Shown here piece after piece: positions 24,166-27,662 of a DNA stretch of 27,662 bases. A program made the translations under genes and the position numbers. Positions within the stretch are counted from its first letter, which is position 1. The number at the start of each line of letters is the position of its first letter. This DNA is from a virus (lineage: Duplodnaviria; Caudoviricetes): the IMG/VR virus record IMGVR_UViG_3300030372_005099, positions 1-27,662 of that record. One strand, given 5' to 3'. The notes under the pieces are model-generated. The model was given only the letters and a program-made list of their open reading frames with translations, was not told the DNA's origin and searched no databases.

Positions 24166-25683
24166 TCATAGCTCGCCAAGGCTGCGGCTTTTTCTGCTGG
24201 TCAAGTCGTTGCCGTCAAGCCGAGCTTGATGTCTTGTTAGCGTCATGATTACATATCTAAGAGCGTCTAAACCATGGTCGTTTTTTTTCACGGGCCTGTC
24301 TTTTTTCTGGTCAGGCATCCAACGATAGCTGCGAATCTCTTTTATCAGCTGCTTGCAATTGCTGTGAATGTAAAGAGCTGGTTTTCCTTCGGCATCAAGC
24401 TGCAACCTTTTTTTAACATGACTTATGCCAGCTACCACACCCAAATGTTTTGGGGCTGGCTTGTTTGGTATGGAACAAAATCGCGCCAAGGTTAACCGGC
24501 CGTCTTTGCTTTCACTGTCGCATGTCGTAAACTCAACAGGCGGGTCATTCTTTGAAAGAGCATAAACCATGTTGCCGTTTTCTTGGGTGGTCTTTTCGGT
24601 CTTGTAGTATTCACGATAAACATGTAGTGTGTCGGTGTCTTCATCGTGTGCAATCCAAATGCAGCTGAATGGGTTTCTAACTCCGAAATCAATCCCCCTG
24701 TATCTCTTAAAGTGAGCCGGTAGCTCGCGGGGTTTAATGACATGTACGCCCCTTTTAAACTCGGGGTAAACTAACCCTGTTTGCACGGTAAACAATCCAA
24801 AAAGCCGGCTATCCTGCGATGCTTTGGACATGTGGCCTGTCGCCTTGCGCAGTTTTACGCTTGACACGTACGGATTGTCAAGGCCGGTTATGCCAACAAA
24901 ATCAAACCCCTCCAGCTTGGATTCGATAAATTTATCATGAACCCAAGTCATCCCTTTTAGCGGGGTCATGGTCAACAACAAGCGCCCGCCGTATGGCGTA
25001 TCGGCTACCCGCAACATGAGCTCGTTGAAGATGTCCTCGGGGTGTTCTTCATCAAGCCAAGCAAGCGAGATGGCGCGCGAATCACGCCCGCCCATCCCTT
25101 GGTATTTCTCGCGGCCGGCATCGGCTGACATGGCAATAATCCGGCCCTTGTTCGGCAAGGTCACAACCGCGCGACCTGCGCCGCGCCAGTTTCTAAAGGT
25201 GCAGCCTGTCGGCAAATATTTATTAATCTTTGGCCTGATGTATTCGGCCGAATCGGCATAACTCAAACCGGAGCTGATGACCGTAGACGGCTTCGGCGGT
25301 AACAGGTCAAGCGGTATGTTATTAAGTGCGCACCATTGCTTAACCCACCATTCACGCCGCGAGGCCGCAAAGGCCACGGCCAGCTGGGCGCCTATTTCAG
25401 TTTTGCCAGCTCTGTTGCCACCCGCGACTAAATAGCACATCGGAAAAGACAAAGGAATTTCAACCTGACTTGTTCGCGGTTCCGTTATGCCGCAATGATT
25501 GCAACGCCACACGCCCGCATTAAGCCGGACCATTGGACGCCCACAGCCGCGCGCGCGCGGGCTCTTGGATGCTAGCCCGTCGAACCTGTGGCAATGCGGC
25601 ACCCATAGCCGCGAAAGCGCCAGCGGATAACTTTTTTGTATTCTGGAAAGGGTTTGAATGTTCTTTGAAATGGTTCGGGTCAT
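24166..25683 (-). CDS. terL: Terminase large subunit with an N-terminal Cys cluster
   Basis: Walker A 'AGGNRAGKT', Walker B 'AWLDEE', 'LTMTP', nuclease 'GIDFG' and 'DHGLDALRY'. ATG 25683 overlaps the upstream TGA (ATGA). Confidence 0.93.
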   Translation of the reverse strand: MTRTISKNIQTLSRIQKSYPLALSRLWVPHCHRFDGLASKSPRARGCGRPMVRLNAGVWRCNHCGITEPRTSQVEIPLSFPMCYLVAGGNRAGKTEIGAQLAVAFAASRREWWVKQWCALNNIPLDLLPPKPSTVISSGLSYADSAEYIRPKINKYLPTGCTFRNWRGAGRAVVTLPNKGRIIAMSADAGREKYQGMGGRDSRAISLAWLDEEHPEDIFNELMLRVADTPYGGRLLLTMTPLKGMTWVHDKFIESKLEGFDFVGITGLDNPYVSSVKLRKATGHMSKASQDSRLFGLFTVQTGLVYPEFKRGVHVIKPRELPAHFKRYRGIDFGVRNPFSCIWIAHDEDTDTLHVYREYYKTEKTTQENGNMVYALSKNDPPVEFTTCDSESKDGRLTLARFCSIPNKPAPKHLGVVAGISHVKKRLQLDAEGKPALYIHSNCKQLIKEIRSYRWMPDQKKDRPVKKNDHGLDALRYVIMTLTRHQARLDGNDLTSRKSRSLGEL

Positions 25684-26021
25684 TTGTTGCGCTCGTAGTT
25701 TGCAATATCTTGCAGCTCGGCCTGTAGCGGTAATCGGTAACCAGACATAACCAGACCAAAACGCCGATAACAAAAGGCTTTTGATATATCCCTGATTTCA
25801 TTATCAGTCGGGATTTTTTCACCAGTCAGCCAAAGCGAGGCGGTCAACCTTGTGACGCCGGCGCTGATAGCCAAAGCGCGCAAGGTTAAACTGTATTCGC
25901 TCGACTCCATTAATTTTTTCAAGGCCGTTTTTATCCTGCGCGGGCGGCAGCAATAATACCACGGTAAGAGCCGCCCGTGCATCGTGTCGGATAAAATACG
26001 CTGTGGTTTTTTACTCTTCAT
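25680..26021 (-). CDS. XRE/Cro-like HTH protein
   Basis: 'LTLRALAISAGVTRLTASLWLTGEKIP' HTH pattern. Overlaps both terS and terL. Confidence 0.65.
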   Translation of the reverse strand: MKSKKPQRILSDTMHGRLLPWYYCCRPRRIKTALKKLMESSEYSLTLRALAISAGVTRLTASLWLTGEKIPTDNEIRDISKAFCYRRFGLVMSGYRLPLQAELQDIANYERNK

Positions 26022-26475
26022 CTAAATCAATAACAGGCCCTTCGATAACATCCTGTAAAGCGTGCTGCCTTACTTCGTCAATGAGCGTCACAACTTCCGA
26101 CGCTTGCACATCGACGGTTATATCAATGCTCGGCCGGTCTGCGTCCTTTGTGAATTTGTGCCGCCGCTCAAGAATAAAGGCCGCCGCGCGCCAATCATCC
26201 TCACTAGCTTTAACCAAAATATCAAGGGCTCTAATAGCGCTTTGGGCTTCGGCATGTTTTACAACTCTGTAAAAGTCTTTGTATATTCCTTCGTCACCGT
26301 CGCGACCTCTCGCCAGCCAAGCGAATAAGGTTGACTCGTGAATTCCTGCAAAATTGGCCGCTATCGAATAGGTGCAACCAAGGGCCACGGCTTCGCAGAT
26401 TTTGCGCTGAATGGATGCCGTCAGCTTACTTGGTCGCCCGTGGGGCTTTTTCACTTGTTTCTTTTTTCGTCGCAT
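26011..26475 (-). CDS. terS: Terminase small subunit
   Basis: 'GRPSKLT...ICEAVALG...AANFAGIHESTLFAWL...DWRAAAFILERR', upstream of terL. Confidence 0.8.
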   Translation of the reverse strand: MRRKKKQVKKPHGRPSKLTASIQRKICEAVALGCTYSIAANFAGIHESTLFAWLARGRDGDEGIYKDFYRVVKHAEAQSAIRALDILVKASEDDWRAAAFILERRHKFTKDADRPSIDITVDVQASEVVTLIDEVRQHALQDVIEGPVIDLDEE

Positions 26476-26488
26476 CTAAAAACCTTGT

Positions 26489-26671
26489 TTATTTTTTGGT
26501 CTTCATAAACTGGTTAACGGCATGCACTATAACGCTTGAACGATTGACGCCGCTGGTCTTGGCCAAGTCGTCGAGCCTTGCCAGCATGTCGGGTTTCATT
26601 CGAACACAAACAATTTTAGTGCTGCCACCATGAGCGGCCGCGCCGCGATTCATTAATTTTATATCTGACAT
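26489..26671 (-). CDS. Ribbon-helix-helix (CopG/Arc-like) regulator
   Basis: 'KIVCVRMKPDMLARLDDLAKTSGVNRSSVIVHAVNQF'; RBS AGGAGG. Confidence 0.85.
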   Translation of the reverse strand: MSDIKLMNRGAAAHGGSTKIVCVRMKPDMLARLDDLAKTSGVNRSSVIVHAVNQFMKTKK

Positions 26672-26689
26672 TTAATAACCTCCTATGTT

Positions 26690-26721
26690 ATTATATCATT
26701 GTATGACGCTTGTGTCATACA
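26690..26721 (-). promoter_or_regulatory. RHH-gene promoter overlapped by an 8-bp inverted repeat (probable auto-operator)
   Basis: ATGACA-17 bp-TATAAT with extended TG. TGTATGAC-GCTTGT-GTCATACA at 26700-26721. Confidence 0.7.
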
Positions 26722-26760
26722 TTAAAACCATTCTCTGAGTGGTGGGTAAAAGTGGGATTT

Positions 26761-26789
26761 AATAGGGGGCTTCGGCTCCCTATTTTTTT
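26761..26789 (+). terminator. Plus-strand intrinsic terminator
   Basis: AATAGGGGGC-TTCG-GCTCCCTATT-TTTTT. Confidence 0.75.
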
Positions 26790-27546
26790 AATACTTGCCG
26801 CGTGATATGATGCTTCTGAATCGCTGCTTTTGTGCTGCAATCGCCGCCGCGCTTTTGGCTGGTGCGGTGGCCTTGTAATGGCTTTCAATCTCACCATGTG
26901 AATAACCTGCCCATTTAAACGGGTCGTACGGGTCATCGATATGATAAAGGGGTAAGCGTATCTCAGTATCAACTGAGCCTTTATAGTACGACGCCTGTTT
27001 TTCTTCACTGTAAACGGTTACGTGCACGTGTTCAATTTTGATGTCGTGCAAGTCTGAAAAGCCAAACAGGCGCGAAGCAAAACCAACATTTTTAATCTTC
27101 ATTCGCAGCTGCTCTGTATTTAAAACTGCTCGATTCATGGCGCCGACTGCGCAAGTGCAGCGACACACAAGCTCGCGGCGGTGTAGCTTTTCGTCTTCTT
27201 TGCTGAAAACGATTAACATTCTTCTGACGCCCTTGTCACACAATGCGCACTTTGTTTGCTCTATCTTGTCTTCTAGTGTCCACGCTCCGACCTTACCATC
27301 AAGGAACGATTTAAACACGCCGAAGGGCGGCGGGCGCCTGTCTGATGCGTCTTCAATGAATTGCATAGCGGCGTTGTGTACTAGATGTTCAGCACAACCG
27401 CGAAAATTATTAAAAATCATGTTCTCAAAATTTCTAAACCAAGCTTCTTGCCATTTTACGTCTAAATTCCAATTGATGCCATACGCTTGAGCTATCTCAC
27501 GCGCCATTAATCTTGTTAGTGTTTTGTCCTTGGTGTTGTTGCTCAT
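26788..27546 (-). CDS. Putative helicase-loader-like replication protein with Cys motifs
   Basis: Directly follows the initiator. Helical N-terminus ending 'RRPPPFGVF'; 'CALCDKG...CRCTC'. Confidence 0.5.
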   Translation of the reverse strand: MSNNTKDKTLTRLMAREIAQAYGINWNLDVKWQEAWFRNFENMIFNNFRGCAEHLVHNAAMQFIEDASDRRPPPFGVFKSFLDGKVGAWTLEDKIEQTKCALCDKGVRRMLIVFSKEDEKLHRRELVCRCTCAVGAMNRAVLNTEQLRMKIKNVGFASRLFGFSDLHDIKIEHVHVTVYSEEKQASYYKGSVDTEIRLPLYHIDDPYDPFKWAGYSHGEIESHYKATAPAKSAAAIAAQKQRFRSIISRGKY

Positions 27547-27650
27547 CTTCGCCTCTTATAAGATTGAATATTTAAAATGTTGGGGCTCTTTTCTTCTTCT
27601 ACTTCTTTTTCTTTTTCTTTCTTATTTATATGGGTGCAAGATTCTGCACC
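27543..27650 (-). CDS. Replication initiator, C-terminal part (partial)
   Basis: GAESCTHINKKEKEKEVEEEKSPNILNIQSYKRRR*, ending in an ATGA overlap with 27546. Confidence 0.6.
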   Translation of the reverse strand, partial: GAESCTHINKKEKEKEVEEEKSPNILNIQSYKRRR

Positions 27651-27658
27651 CCCCCCCC
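27632..27658. repeat. Third iteron plus C10 tract
   Basis: GGGTGCA-AGATTC-TGCACCC followed by a C run (27649-27658). A purine-skewed AT-rich tract lies next to it. Confidence 0.75.
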
Positions 27659-27662
27659 TGAA

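Noticed and set aside
10086-27490. Numerous plus-strand ORFs of 60-166 aa
   Set aside because: They are antisense shadows of well-supported minus-strand genes, with no recognisable motifs.
1-27662. Diversity-generating retroelement, tRNAs, integrase/att site or alternative genetic code
   Set aside because: I saw no reverse transcriptase, template/variable repeat pair, cloverleaf or integrase. Core genes are intact in the standard code and all three stops are used.

Overview
This window looks like an essentially complete ~27.7-kb tailed-phage genome (HK97-type head, long non-contractile tail), almost all on the minus strand. It opens inside a split replication-initiator gene at a poly-C/iteron tract. 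Order on the minus strand: initiator C-end, helicase-loader-like gene, RHH regulator, terS, HTH, terL, rusA, a portal-X-MuF fusion, a three-gene early-type cassette, protease, capsid, neck, tail, tape measure, tail tip and lysis genes. Two plus-strand beta-rich genes and an early region (erf, ardC-like, SWIM, orphans) follow. I saw no integrase, polymerase or CI-type switch. The most interesting signals are non-coding: (1) a complete type III hammerhead ribozyme; (2) six sigma70-like promoters sharing a palindromic operator, most also sharing a 5' hairpin and an AACCAAGGA-type RBS; (3) two candidate small RNAs whose seeds are complementary to phage RBSs; (4) a 96-bp ungapped dispersed repeat of unknown function; (5) a probable +1 tail-chaperone frameshift; (6) a stem that would sequester the protease RBS on read-through transcripts. 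Protein calls come from motif recognition and synteny by eye, with no database searches.
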